Part shown: positions 1 to 9,452 of the stretch, one piece after another
Layout: each line of letters starts with the position of its first letter
Position numbering within the stretch: position 1 is the stretch's first letter
Assembly: GCA_044352465.1 (NCBI GenBank)
Contig: JBILDU010000040.1
Span: forward strand, 1 to 24,447
DNA length: 24,447 bases
Direction: 5' to 3'
Origin: Bdellovibrionota bacterium
GTDB lineage: Bacteria; Bdellovibrionota_C; UBA2361
The notes under the pieces: model-generated
Seen by the model: the letters and a program-made list of their open reading frames with translations, nothing else
What the model was told of the DNA's origin: nothing
The model's database searches: none
Translations under genes and position numbers: made by a program

Positions 1-355
1 GATTCGCGCGAGAATCGTGGGATTCTGAGAGTTCGCAGCAGAGGGACGAAATTCGACTCGCCTCAACTTATCACCGCGAGTGGGCGACCACCGATCGTTT
101 GCGCACCGAAGTGATCGGGCTAGCGCGACAGGTACCTCGAGAGTCACTCTCCCCCCGGAACGACACATCCCCGCCCCACCACTCTGCTCCCCCTCATTTG
201 CAGCCGCGAGAAGGTATGCCTCAGAAACTCCCCAAAAAACCAAAACAACGTCTCGCCAGAGCGAACGCCAGCTATAAACGTCATGAACCGGGTTTTGGCG
301 ATCGCGATTCTCTCAGCCGGGGAGACGGCGCCATCGCCTCCAAACCCACTTAATT

Positions 356-384
356 TTGACAAGAGAGCGCTATAACCTTACTAT
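356..384 (+). promoter_or_regulatory. sigma70-type promoter upstream of the RRM gene (TTGACA-N17-TACTAT)
   Basis: Perfect -35 TTGACA at 356-361, 17-nt spacer, -10 TACTAT at 379-384. The same -10 hexamer precedes the tRNA gene. Confidence 0.7.
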
Positions 385-623
385 ACCGACTTGAGAGACT
401 TTTTTCCGTTCAGGATCCGATTAGAAATCCGTCCAGCTAAAAGTTCCTTGCGCGCTTGGAGCGCACTTCGGCTTTTTAAGTCGGGAGTGTCACAGGCGCG
501 GTGCGCAGAGCCTTCTGCTTCTGCAGGTAGTGGGCCCCCCGCCCTCTGCTTATATCGTCATCGAGCGTCTCGACTTTGAACGTCTCGCGGTTGTGCCCCC
601 ACTGAGAACGACAGCTGCACCTA

Positions 624-691
624 GCGGTTGCCGGAGAATGCGGTTGCCGGAGAATGCGGTTGCCGGAGAATGCGGTTGCCGGAGAATGCGG
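624..691. repeat. 16-bp perfect tandem repeat GCGGTTGCCGGAGAAT x4.25
   Basis: Identical units start at 624, 640, 656 and 672, followed by a partial GCGG at 688-691. Confidence 0.97.
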
Positions 692-744
692 GGAAGCGAC
701 ATGTGGGCGTTGAGAGAAGAGAAGCTATTCTTTAGGAAAGTGTA

Positions 745-1254
<510 letters not shown>

Positions 1255-1279
1255 AGCTACGCTGCGACAACGCAGAGAG

Positions 1280-1310
1280 AACGGTCGGCGCAAGCCGGCC
1301 GTTTTTTTTT
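1280..1310 (+). terminator. Rho-independent terminator of the RRM gene
   Basis: Stem AACGGTCGGC / GCCGGCCGTT with a GCAA (GNRA) loop, followed by a T run to 1310. Confidence 0.9.
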
Positions 1311-1354
1311 ACTTTTTGACCCTCTTTCCCCCTAAGAAAAGCGGGGTAACGCCC

Positions 1355-1984
1355 CTACTTCGCAGGCCGCGAAACACCCTCAAATGGTAGCGCGCCACTA
1401 CGATAGAGATTCGAAGCACGAATGAATGCAGCCACGTTCGGCGTCAGAAGACCCGCCGGAGACTCGCCCAGGCTCAGGAGTTGTCGCACCGCAGAACTTG
1501 AGGCGCCCGAAAGCTCCCCGCCCTCAATCACCGTCACAGCGCTGGGGATATCCTGAGGAATCGGTTCACCCATACGGGGGACGGCGAGAAAACGAACAGC
1601 CTGAATGAGTTTGGCATAATCTCGCCACTCACCGACCTTCTTTATATTGTCGCCACCGATTACGAAGAAAAACGTATTCTCCGGCTCTCGTAACTTTAGA
1701 TACTCAACAAGATCGATGGTGGCGGAACCGGGCAAACGACCATCGAGTTGGACCGACTCAATCGCCACACGAGGATCGTTCGGGAAAGTCTCAGCAACGA
1801 ACAGCTCAACCATAGCTCGACGCTGCTCCGCGGAGGCAACGACCGACCGATCGTATCGGTCGGTCCCAACCGGGACGAAGCGGAGCTGGTCGACAAGTCC
1901 AGACTTGAGGACGTTCCGCGCAGTGGCGGCGTGGCCAATAGTAGGGGGATCAAATGAGCCGCCGAAAAGCGCGATGCGGGACAT
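1355..1984 (-). CDS. nadD: nicotinate-nucleotide adenylyltransferase
   Basis: IALFGGSFDPPTIGH ((H/T)xGH motif), FVIGGDN...W, and C-terminal ASSSAVR...LYR. The ATG at 1984 is preferred over the GTG at 1990. Confidence 0.9.
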   Translation of the reverse strand: MSRIALFGGSFDPPTIGHAATARNVLKSGLVDQLRFVPVGTDRYDRSVVASAEQRRAMVELFVAETFPNDPRVAIESVQLDGRLPGSATIDLVEYLKLREPENTFFFVIGGDNIKKVGEWRDYAKLIQAVRFLAVPRMGEPIPQDIPSAVTVIEGGELSGASSSAVRQLLSLGESPAGLLTPNVAAFIRASNLYRSGALPFEGVSRPAK

Positions 1985-2041
1985 GCCCACGAGTATACTG
2001 GCGCCAAACGGTGAGATCCAGGCGCATTCTTTACCATCGAG

Positions 2042-2070
2042 TTGCCAGGGCCTACCCGCCAGACTACATT
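2042..2070 (+). promoter_or_regulatory. candidate sigma70 promoter for lpxB (TTGCCA-N17-TACATT)
   Basis: TTGCCA at 2042-2047 and TACATT at 2065-2070, in the divergent nadD-lpxB gap. Confidence 0.5.
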
Positions 2071-2121
2071 GGAGGCCCAGCTATACTTCGTAATCGGCCC
2101 GACAACGTGAGGGAGCCCACG

Positions 2122-3300
2122 GTGCATACCCCCCCAAATATCGTCATCAGTGCAGGTGAGCTTTCGGGTGATGAGCACGCCGCCAAAGTCATACAGGCGC
2201 TCCGCGCGATCGTCCCTGACCTCTCCGTCAGGGGGATGGGGGGCCGAAACTTGGGCGCCGCGGGGGTAACACTCGATGTTGATGCTGAAAAATCAGCGGC
2301 GGTAATGGGGTTTGCGGAGCTCTTTGGCTCGCTCGGAAAGGTGCTGGGCGCACTCCGCACGATGAAGAAGCTCGTCCGCGAAACAAAGCCAGACCTCCTC
2401 ATCACCGTCGATTTCGCCGAATTCAATATGCACCTTGCCAGCGCGGCCCAGCGGGCCGGCGTGCCGGTCTTGAACTATATCTCCCCGCAGGTGTGGGCCT
2501 GGCGCCGCTATCGAGTCAAGTCGATCGCTCGCGCAATCGACCAGGCTGCAGTAATCTTCCCTTTTGAGCGGGAATTTTTCGAGGCAAACGGCTACCACAA
2601 ATCGGTCTATGTGGGACACCCGTTCGCCGATGAGTGGAGCGACACCCCGCCGAGTCGGAGCGCCGTTTTGGGCGGACTAGGGCTAGACCCAGCGAAACCG
2701 ACCTTGGCGGTTCTTCCGGGAAGTCGACAGAGCGAAGTATCTCGCAATCTCACCACGATGCGCGCAGCGCTCGAACTCCTCCAAACGCGACATCCGGGAG
2801 TCCAAGCGGTCGTGGTCGTGGCACCAACGATCGACGCCGCCGCAGTAGCGGCGGAGGTGGGCGCCCCCCCGTGGCTACGAGTCACCCAAGGAAATGCGAT
2901 CGAGATCATGCGCGTTGCCGACGCCGGCCTTCTAAAATCGGGCACCTCGAATCTCCAAGGGGCGTTTTGCGCGCTCCCTTTTGCGATGTTTTACCGGGCG
3001 AGTCCCCTTTCGGCTTTTATCGTCCGGCGGTGCGTCGATCTCGCCGAGTATTCGATCGTCAACGTGCTCCGCCCGGGCACCGTGACTGAGATTCTTCAGG
3101 AGAAGGCAACGCCGGAGTATACGGCGAACGTCCTCGAGGCTCTTCTCTTTAATGAGGAGTATCGGCGCGAACTCAAAGAGCACCTGGGCGAGGTGCGAGC
3201 CAGGCTTCGCTCGTATGATAACCGCCCCGAATTCGCCGGAACGAGGAATGCGCCGGAACGTGTGGCACGCCTTGCGGCAGAGCTCCTTCGCAGAGGATAG
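2122..3300 (+). CDS. lpxB: lipid-A-disaccharide synthase
   Basis: Motifs ISAGELSGD, AVMGFAE, YISPQVWAWR, VIFPFE, YVGHP, LPGSRQSEV and KSGTSNL. Start placed at GTG 2122, preceded by GAGGGAG; the ORF-track extension to 1954 overlaps nadD. Confidence 0.96.
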   Translation: MHTPPNIVISAGELSGDEHAAKVIQALRAIVPDLSVRGMGGRNLGAAGVTLDVDAEKSAAVMGFAELFGSLGKVLGALRTMKKLVRETKPDLLITVDFAEFNMHLASAAQRAGVPVLNYISPQVWAWRRYRVKSIARAIDQAAVIFPFEREFFEANGYHKSVYVGHPFADEWSDTPPSRSAVLGGLGLDPAKPTLAVLPGSRQSEVSRNLTTMRAALELLQTRHPGVQAVVVVAPTIDAAAVAAEVGAPPWLRVTQGNAIEIMRVADAGLLKSGTSNLQGAFCALPFAMFYRASPLSAFIVRRCVDLAEYSIVNVLRPGTVTEILQEKATPEYTANVLEALLFNEEYRRELKEHLGEVRARLRSYDNRPEFAGTRNAPERVARLAAELLRRG

Positions 3301-3331
3301 GCTGTTCTAACCGCTTGATAGTTAACGGGAC

Positions 3332-3359
3332 TTGAAAAGCGGGGGAAGTCGGGTACTAT
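3332..3359 (+). promoter_or_regulatory. tRNA promoter (TTGAAA-N16-TACTAT)
   Basis: TTGAAA at 3332-3337 and TACTAT at 3354-3359, ending 17 nt before the mature tRNA 5' end. Confidence 0.65.
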
Positions 3360-3376
3360 AGCCTCCTTCGTGATTC

Positions 3377-3453
3377 GTGCCCGTAGCTCAGCTGGATAGA
3401 GCGTCGCCCTCCGAAGGCGAAGGTCGTAGGTTCGACTCCTATCGGGCACGCCA
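3377..3453 (+). tRNA. tRNA-Arg (anticodon CCG)
   Basis: Acceptor stem GTGCCCG/CGGGCAC, D arm GCTC-AGCTGGATA-GAGC, anticodon arm TCGCC-CTCCGAA-GGCGA, T loop GGTTCGACTCC, encoded CCA; 77 nt. Confidence 0.98.
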
Positions 3454-3717
3454 ATCATACCGTCTCCCTCGATACTGAATCCTCTCAATACCGAAATCGA
3501 TTATACCATTCGCCTGAATAGAGACCGGTTCGATTTCAGTCCGCAGGGAGCTTTTTCTGCCCTGTTTGATTTTGGCTTTGTCTCTTTCCGTTCCGAGCCC
3601 TCTCGATACGGCGCCTTTCGGCCCGCGCCGATCGTCCCCCGCAAAAAGATGACAATCGTGTTGAAGCCGCTGGAAGATCGATTTTCCGAGTAGTAAGACT
3701 TTGCTACGGTCGGTGCG

Positions 3718-5625
3718 ATGCAGTATCGACGCGACATCGACGGACTACGGGCGCTCGCCGTCTTACCGGTGATATGCTTTCACGCTGGATGGAGCACCTT
3801 GAGTGGGGGATTTGTCGGCGTTGACATCTTTTTCGTCATCAGCGGCTTTCTTATCACCTCTATACTTGTCGGCGAGCTCGAAGCGGGCACCTTCAGCCTT
3901 GTCCGTTTCTATGAAAGACGGGCTCGACGGATCCTTCCCGCACTCGGCTTTGTGATTCTGTGTACGTTGCCGCTTGCCTGGATGTACATGCTGCCAAGCG
4001 AGCTCGAGGGATACGCCAAGAGCGTCGTGAGTATCGCCGTCTTCGCCTCAAACTTCTTCTTTCGAGCTGAGACCGATTACTTCGGCACGGAGGCGGAAGA
4101 GAATCCCCTCCTCCATACCTGGAGCCTCGCCGTTGAGGAACAATACTATTTTGTCTTTCCCCTCCTCCTTGCGGCGATATGGGGCTTCGGGCGATGGCGA
4201 ATAGGGCTCGCGCTCTCTGCCCTCGCTGCGATCAGCCTCCTTTTTAGCGAGTGGCACGTCCGCTTGAATCCGGAGCAGATATTTTTCGATACGCGGGCGC
4301 GGATATGGGAACTCTTGGCAGGCGCGCTGGTCGCGCTGTTCCTGGCCCGCCCCCAGCCGCCCTCTTTCGGTCCCCGCATTCGCCAAATCGGCTCCCTCGG
4401 CGGATTCGGGCTCATCGTGTATGCGCTCCTCGCCTTTCATGAGAGCACTGAATCTCCCGGGCTGCCGATCGTAATCCCAGTGCTCGGAGCGATGCTGATT
4501 ATCGTCTTCTCAACGCCGTCGACGCTCGTCGGCCGGTTCTTGGGTAGTCGACCACTCGTTGGCATCGGGCTCATAAGCTATAGCGCCTACCTCTGGCACC
4601 AGCCCTTACTCGCCTTTGTGCGCTTACGCACAGCCGCGGAGCCGAGCGCTCTTAGTCTCGCTGCCGCTGGAGTAGCTGCGCTAGTGCTCGCTTACCCCAC
4701 CTGGCGATACATCGAGCAACCGTTTAGGGCTCGGGCTACGCTCGGGCGTCGCGCCGTCTTCTCTTTTGCCGCAGCGACAACTCTCGGATTAGCAACCCTG
4801 GGCGGTATCGGAATCTGGCAACGCGGCTTCCCCAATCGATTTCAGAGCGAAACCGAAATAGTCCAAACTTTTCAAAGGTTACAGGCCGAGCGGGCCACGA
4901 TCACCCGTTCCGGAGAGTGCCAATTTAATCCCAAGACGAAGAACAATACCTATAGCCTCTTCTTAAGGAATTGGCGGTGCCACGAGGACCCGACACATCC
5001 AGACCTGCAGAAAATCGGTATCATCGTCGTCGGCGACAGCCACTCCGCGGATATGGCGTCGGCCCTGCGAGCGAACGGCTACTCCCCTGCTCAAATCGGC
5101 GGCCCCGGCTGCTCAGTCGTGCCCTCGCGGATGGGGAAAGGCTGTCGAGCGATCTTCAACTTTATCCGCGATTTCGCCACCAAAAATCCTCAGTACACCC
5201 ATATTATTCTCGCCAATCGGTGGGAGACGAAAGAGCTGCGTAAAGACCAACTGACTGAAATGATCTCCTATTGGTCGTTGCCCGGGAAAAAACTTGTCTT
5301 CGTGACGTCACGTCCGGAATTCCCGGGGTATAAGCGGGCGCTCCGCTTGGGACATCGGATCGAACCGAGGATGGATCGAGCGAACAACTCGAGTGCACCA
5401 GAGGTGATCGATCTTCTGACGGGATTAAACGTCGCCGTGGTCAATGCCGGAGAGATCTTCTGCGCCCTCACACCCCACTGCGACTGGAAGGATCCAGACG
5501 GACGGCACCTCACCACCGATGGACACCATTTAACCCGCTACGGTGCGGAGCTTTTCGGCAGACGGATGCTGTCACTCGGTGTGCTCCCCGTCCCGACTCC
5601 CGATGTTGTTGCAACGGGAGAGTGA
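3718..5625 (+). CDS. OafA/YrhL-family O-acyltransferase (Acyl_transf_3 plus C-terminal SGNH domain)
   Basis: YRRDIDGLRALAV, GFVGVDIFFVISGFLIT, FYERRARRILPA, HTWSLAVEEQYY and GLISYSAYLWHQP in the membrane domain. SGNH blocks VGDSHS and DGHHLT. Confidence 0.95.
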   Translation: MQYRRDIDGLRALAVLPVICFHAGWSTLSGGFVGVDIFFVISGFLITSILVGELEAGTFSLVRFYERRARRILPALGFVILCTLPLAWMYMLPSELEGYAKSVVSIAVFASNFFFRAETDYFGTEAEENPLLHTWSLAVEEQYYFVFPLLLAAIWGFGRWRIGLALSALAAISLLFSEWHVRLNPEQIFFDTRARIWELLAGALVALFLARPQPPSFGPRIRQIGSLGGFGLIVYALLAFHESTESPGLPIVIPVLGAMLIIVFSTPSTLVGRFLGSRPLVGIGLISYSAYLWHQPLLAFVRLRTAAEPSALSLAAAGVAALVLAYPTWRYIEQPFRARATLGRRAVFSFAAATTLGLATLGGIGIWQRGFPNRFQSETEIVQTFQRLQAERATITRSGECQFNPKTKNNTYSLFLRNWRCHEDPTHPDLQKIGIIVVGDSHSADMASALRANGYSPAQIGGPGCSVVPSRMGKGCRAIFNFIRDFATKNPQYTHIILANRWETKELRKDQLTEMISYWSLPGKKLVFVTSRPEFPGYKRALRLGHRIEPRMDRANNSSAPEVIDLLTGLNVAVVNAGEIFCALTPHCDWKDPDGRHLTTDGHHLTRYGAELFGRRMLSLGVLPVPTPDVVATGE

Positions 5626-6932
5626 TCCCCCGAACGCGACCGCGGGGTCGGCGTCGTTAGGTACCACGGCGCCAGACTCTGCGGACGGGTAAGCGACCAG
5701 ATTCGCTGTGGATGGTCATCGATATTACGGGGATACCGATTCCACACCACCGTGGCATACGAGAGCGCGCCGGGAGCATGGGCACCGATCGCCAACCCGA
5801 CCAGGAGGAGAAATCCACCGCGGACCGGCCAACTCCTCAGGCGATCGCGCCAAGCTAACGCTGCGAGCACTGCGAGCGGAGGTACGATCTCACTCATAAA
5901 TCGGGGGCCGTATGAGTGACCGGCCCACCAGCGATCGAAGCACGACACGGCGAGCAGGTGAAGTCCGCACCAGCCCCACAGACATACCACGAGAGCGCTC
6001 GCACCCCGACGCAGGGTCCACAAAGAAGCAAGGCTCCACGCGGACATCACGAAGATTCCCCGACTCGGGCTCACGAGGTTCGCCAGGAGCGCCTCGAGCG
6101 TCGTCCCGGACAGTTGAAGCCCATCACCACGGTAGTACGGGGGCAAGATATGGTCGTACCAGGAGATACTCTGACCAACAAACGCAGCGGCACACGGGAG
6201 TGCGCCGAGAAAGACCGGCCCGAGCCAGCGTCGGTCAACCCAACCGAGATAGGCACCGAGCGCAATAATCGCTACCGCTGAGGTAGGTCGCATGAGATAG
6301 GCACCCGCGAGCAACGCGCCCAGCAGCATTCCCCATCCCCACCGGCCCCTCGCCCGCTCCCCCAGGTGGGAAAGCCGCACACACAGACACAGCGCGGCGG
6401 TAAGGAAGAGCAGCGCCGGTCCGTGTTGCCACAGCCCCCGGGTTCCAACTGACCATACCGAACTTCCCCAACCCACACATACCGTCACGGCGATAGCGGG
6501 CCAGAGCGAGACGATCGCGAGGAGCATGAGGAAGGTGAGCCCGACGGTCGCTGCCCCGATAACCGCAGCGATTTTTTGCTCGACGACCCGACGATGCTGG
6601 AGAAGGGACTCCCCACTCCCATCGATACGAACACCGAAAAGCGCTTCGGCCTGTTCAGGGTACCGGCGGATCCCCCAGACAAAGGGGGTAGCGATGAGCG
6701 CCGGCCCGACGGGGAAAAAATTAACGTATTCGCCCTTTTTTCTCCTTAGCCCGTATGTCCCCCGAGCTTTAATGACGGCGCGATACTCATTGAGTCCAAT
6801 ATCACCGTGCGTCAACAGGCTCACCGCCGTGGGTAAAACCCATCGGGAGTCGGGTGAATGAGCAACGGGACTAAACCAGAAAGTCACCCCCGCGAGGAGC
6901 GTGAGCGCAAGCGTGGTCAGATAATTTTTCAC
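5538..6932 (-). CDS. polytopic membrane protein, probable GT-C-fold glycosyltransferase
   Basis: Many hydrophobic helices, an acidic residue after TM1 (PDS), and motifs GLWQHG, RPT, SPSRG and WWAGHSYGPRF like those of uncharacterised lipid-donor glycosyltransferases. The function is inferred. Confidence 0.6.
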   Translation of the reverse strand: MKNYLTTLALTLLAGVTFWFSPVAHSPDSRWVLPTAVSLLTHGDIGLNEYRAVIKARGTYGLRRKKGEYVNFFPVGPALIATPFVWGIRRYPEQAEALFGVRIDGSGESLLQHRRVVEQKIAAVIGAATVGLTFLMLLAIVSLWPAIAVTVCVGWGSSVWSVGTRGLWQHGPALLFLTAALCLCVRLSHLGERARGRWGWGMLLGALLAGAYLMRPTSAVAIIALGAYLGWVDRRWLGPVFLGALPCAAAFVGQSISWYDHILPPYYRGDGLQLSGTTLEALLANLVSPSRGIFVMSAWSLASLWTLRRGASALVVCLWGWCGLHLLAVSCFDRWWAGHSYGPRFMSEIVPPLAVLAALAWRDRLRSWPVRGGFLLLVGLAIGAHAPGALSYATVVWNRYPRNIDDHPQRIWSLTRPQSLAPWYLTTPTPRSRSGDHSPVATTSGVGTGSTPSDSIRLPKSSAP

Positions 6933-7037
6933 CGCGACTTCACCAGGATGATTGAGGCATCAGACTACTTCATGTCCCGCCAAAAAATTTTTTCATCTGC
7001 CAGCGGTTTTGCGGGCGGGATGCGAGAAGGGCAACCC

Positions 7038-9362
7038 TCAAAATCGATACAGCAGGGGTATCATGAGAAGCGCCAGCCCGAAACAGATGACGGTGGTGAT
7101 CGCACCGACCTTAAAGTAATCACTCGGTCGGTAGCCTCCGGGGTTCATTACCAACAAATTCGCCTTGTGACTAAAAGGGGTTAAAAAGGCGAATGAGGCT
7201 CCGAGAGCTACGCCCATTAGTAATCCGCTCGGATTCAGGCCGGCGGCTTGAGCGATATTAATCGTCACCGGGGTTAATAAAACCACCGCAAGCACGCCAT
7301 CAAGGAGCTGACTCATCGCACTCGAGGCTACCATCAAGAGAAGGAGCACGCCGAGCGGCCCCATATCAGCCGCGCTCGTGCTTAACCATCGTCCCAAAAG
7401 GGTTGCAGCACCACTGTGCTCAAACGCCACGCCGATCGGTATCAAGGCCGCGATAAAAAACACGAGGCGCCATTCCACCTCTCGATACCCTTCAGGCATC
7501 GAGATAGCTCCGCCGAGCACCGCCAGGAGAGCCCCACACATCGCAGCGATGTGTATCGGGGCGATATTAAGCGCGGAGAGGAGTACTAAGAGCGCGATGG
7601 CACCGACCGCCACCGCGGCTTTCTCGTGGCGAGGACTCTGGCTAGGAGCAGACAAAAGCACCAAATCGGAATCGCGCGCCAGCACAGGAACATGACTCCG
7701 GGGCCCATGAAGGAGCAGGGCATCCCCAAACTGCAGTCGCCGCTCGGCCAGATTCGTGCGTATCGGCTCGCCATTTCGCCAGATGGCGAGAACTTGAAAG
7801 CCCGACCTTTCCCGAAAATGAGCCTCGGCCAAGGTTTTGTGCATAAGCGCTGAGCGAGGTGCGAGTACAACTTCCGCAAGCGCCGTCTCTTCAGACTCGA
7901 GCTCGATCTCGACAGATTCAGCCGCAACTTCCAATTGCCCCACATGGATCAGTCGGGCGACTCCATCGGGATCTCCCGACACAATCAGTCGATCCCCCGG
8001 TTCAAGCTTCATCGCGGGCTCCAGAAAGAACGCTTTGCCCCGCCGAATAACCCCGAGGGCGGAAAGACCGGTCAACTCAGCGAGCGCCGCGATCGCTGCG
8101 ATATCGAAGCTTGCACCGACATCGTGGGGCACCACCACACTGAAGAGAAATGGCCGAATACGGGGGATTACGGTTTTGTCTTGGGTCAAGAGATTGAGGT
8201 GCTCAACGGCTCCGAAGCGATCAAGCGCATCCGGCGCCCCACGAACATAGACAATATCCCCTACCTCGAGAATCGCTTGCGTGATCTGGTGTTGCCGTAT
8301 CGCGCCGCGTCGCTCGAGCGCCACAATACCCAACATCACCCCTGAATCAGCCACGAGATCAGCCACAGCCGCGCCGACAAACTCTCCCGCGCGTACCTCA
8401 AAGCGTGCCCACGGACCGAGTTCATCCAGCGCTTTAAGCTCAAGATCGGAGATCTCGTCGGTGGAGATACCGTGGAAGCGACGAACTTGTTCGAGGTCCT
8501 CTCTTCGTCCCCCAACGATGAGGAGGTCGTTCCGCTGCAGGATCTCGTTGGCCTGAGGGGCGAGAAGCCGCCGACCGTCCCGAATGATCGCCACAACCTG
8601 GCCTTTCAAGAGATCGCCGAAGCGGAGTGTTCCGAGGGTATAACCGTGGATCGTCGAAGTCGCTGGAATACGCAGAGAAAAAAGTCGCTCGTATAATCGA
8701 TAAACTTTCGGCAGTCCTCGTCGTAGCCTGCTAGCGTCCTGCGGCAACTCACCCTGCGGGAGGGTCTTACGACCAGCAAAAGCGAGGTACCCGCCACCGA
8801 CCAGGACCATGGCGAGACCGAAAGGGGTAAACTCAAGGAATCCGAACGGTCGTATACCTTGAGCGGCGGCGAGCTCGCTCGTCAAAAAATTCGGGGGCGT
8901 CCCGATAAGGGTAAGCATTCCGCCAAGAATTGTCCCAAAGGCCAAGGGGATCAGGAGCTTTGATGGGGGGATAGCGGTCTCGCGCGAAACACTCATAACT
9001 CCGGGGAGTAAGATCGCCGCGGCAACGATATCGTTCATAAACGCCGACACCACAGCCCCGGCAAGGACAACCGCACCAACGGTGCGCGCTTCACGACGGC
9101 GCCCTACCCGAGCGATAAAACCGCCGATGACATCAGAGACACCGGTGAGGCGGAGTGCGCCACTGACGAAAAAAATTGCGATAAGGGTAATGACTGCGCT
9201 CGAAGAGAATCCGGCAAACGCCTCGGTTGGGGTTAAAAGCCCGAGGAAAGTAAGTACCAGAACTCCGAGCAACGCGGTGAGATCTACCGGGAGTCGATTT
9301 GAAAGGAAAAACACCGACATGATGCCGATGACGGAAAAGAGTATGGCGATTTCGGTGGTCAT
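7038..9362 (-). CDS. SLC13/CitMHS-type permease with multiple central TrkA-C (RCK_C) domains
   Basis: N-terminal TM block with SAFMNDI and GGMLTLIGTPPN, repeated TrkA-C motifs (VAIIRDG..L..NDLLIV, LEPGDRLIV, VLAIWRNG..LQFGDALLL), and C-terminal FLTPFSHKANLLVMNPGGYRPSDYFKVG. Start placed at ATG 9362 (MTTEIAIL). Confidence 0.92.
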   Translation of the reverse strand: MTTEIAILFSVIGIMSVFFLSNRLPVDLTALLGVLVLTFLGLLTPTEAFAGFSSSAVITLIAIFFVSGALRLTGVSDVIGGFIARVGRRREARTVGAVVLAGAVVSAFMNDIVAAAILLPGVMSVSRETAIPPSKLLIPLAFGTILGGMLTLIGTPPNFLTSELAAAQGIRPFGFLEFTPFGLAMVLVGGGYLAFAGRKTLPQGELPQDASRLRRGLPKVYRLYERLFSLRIPATSTIHGYTLGTLRFGDLLKGQVVAIIRDGRRLLAPQANEILQRNDLLIVGGRREDLEQVRRFHGISTDEISDLELKALDELGPWARFEVRAGEFVGAAVADLVADSGVMLGIVALERRGAIRQHQITQAILEVGDIVYVRGAPDALDRFGAVEHLNLLTQDKTVIPRIRPFLFSVVVPHDVGASFDIAAIAALAELTGLSALGVIRRGKAFFLEPAMKLEPGDRLIVSGDPDGVARLIHVGQLEVAAESVEIELESEETALAEVVLAPRSALMHKTLAEAHFRERSGFQVLAIWRNGEPIRTNLAERRLQFGDALLLHGPRSHVPVLARDSDLVLLSAPSQSPRHEKAAVAVGAIALLVLLSALNIAPIHIAAMCGALLAVLGGAISMPEGYREVEWRLVFFIAALIPIGVAFEHSGAATLLGRWLSTSAADMGPLGVLLLLMVASSAMSQLLDGVLAVVLLTPVTINIAQAAGLNPSGLLMGVALGASFAFLTPFSHKANLLVMNPGGYRPSDYFKVGAITTVICFGLALLMIPLLYRF

Positions 9363-9452
9363 ATCAACACAATACGCCCTACCGAGCCGGTACGATAGGG
9401 GGGCGCGGTTTCCGCTTGACCGGCGCAACCGATGAGCGAAAATCGCCCCCTT

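Noticed and set aside
1..355. Short ORFs and an imperfect hairpin (about 291-346) at the left edge
   Set aside because: No recognisable protein or RNA family, and the upstream context lies outside the window.
3377..3717. Integrated element at tRNA-Arg
   Set aside because: No integrase and no duplicate of the tRNA 3' end (att site) were seen in the window.
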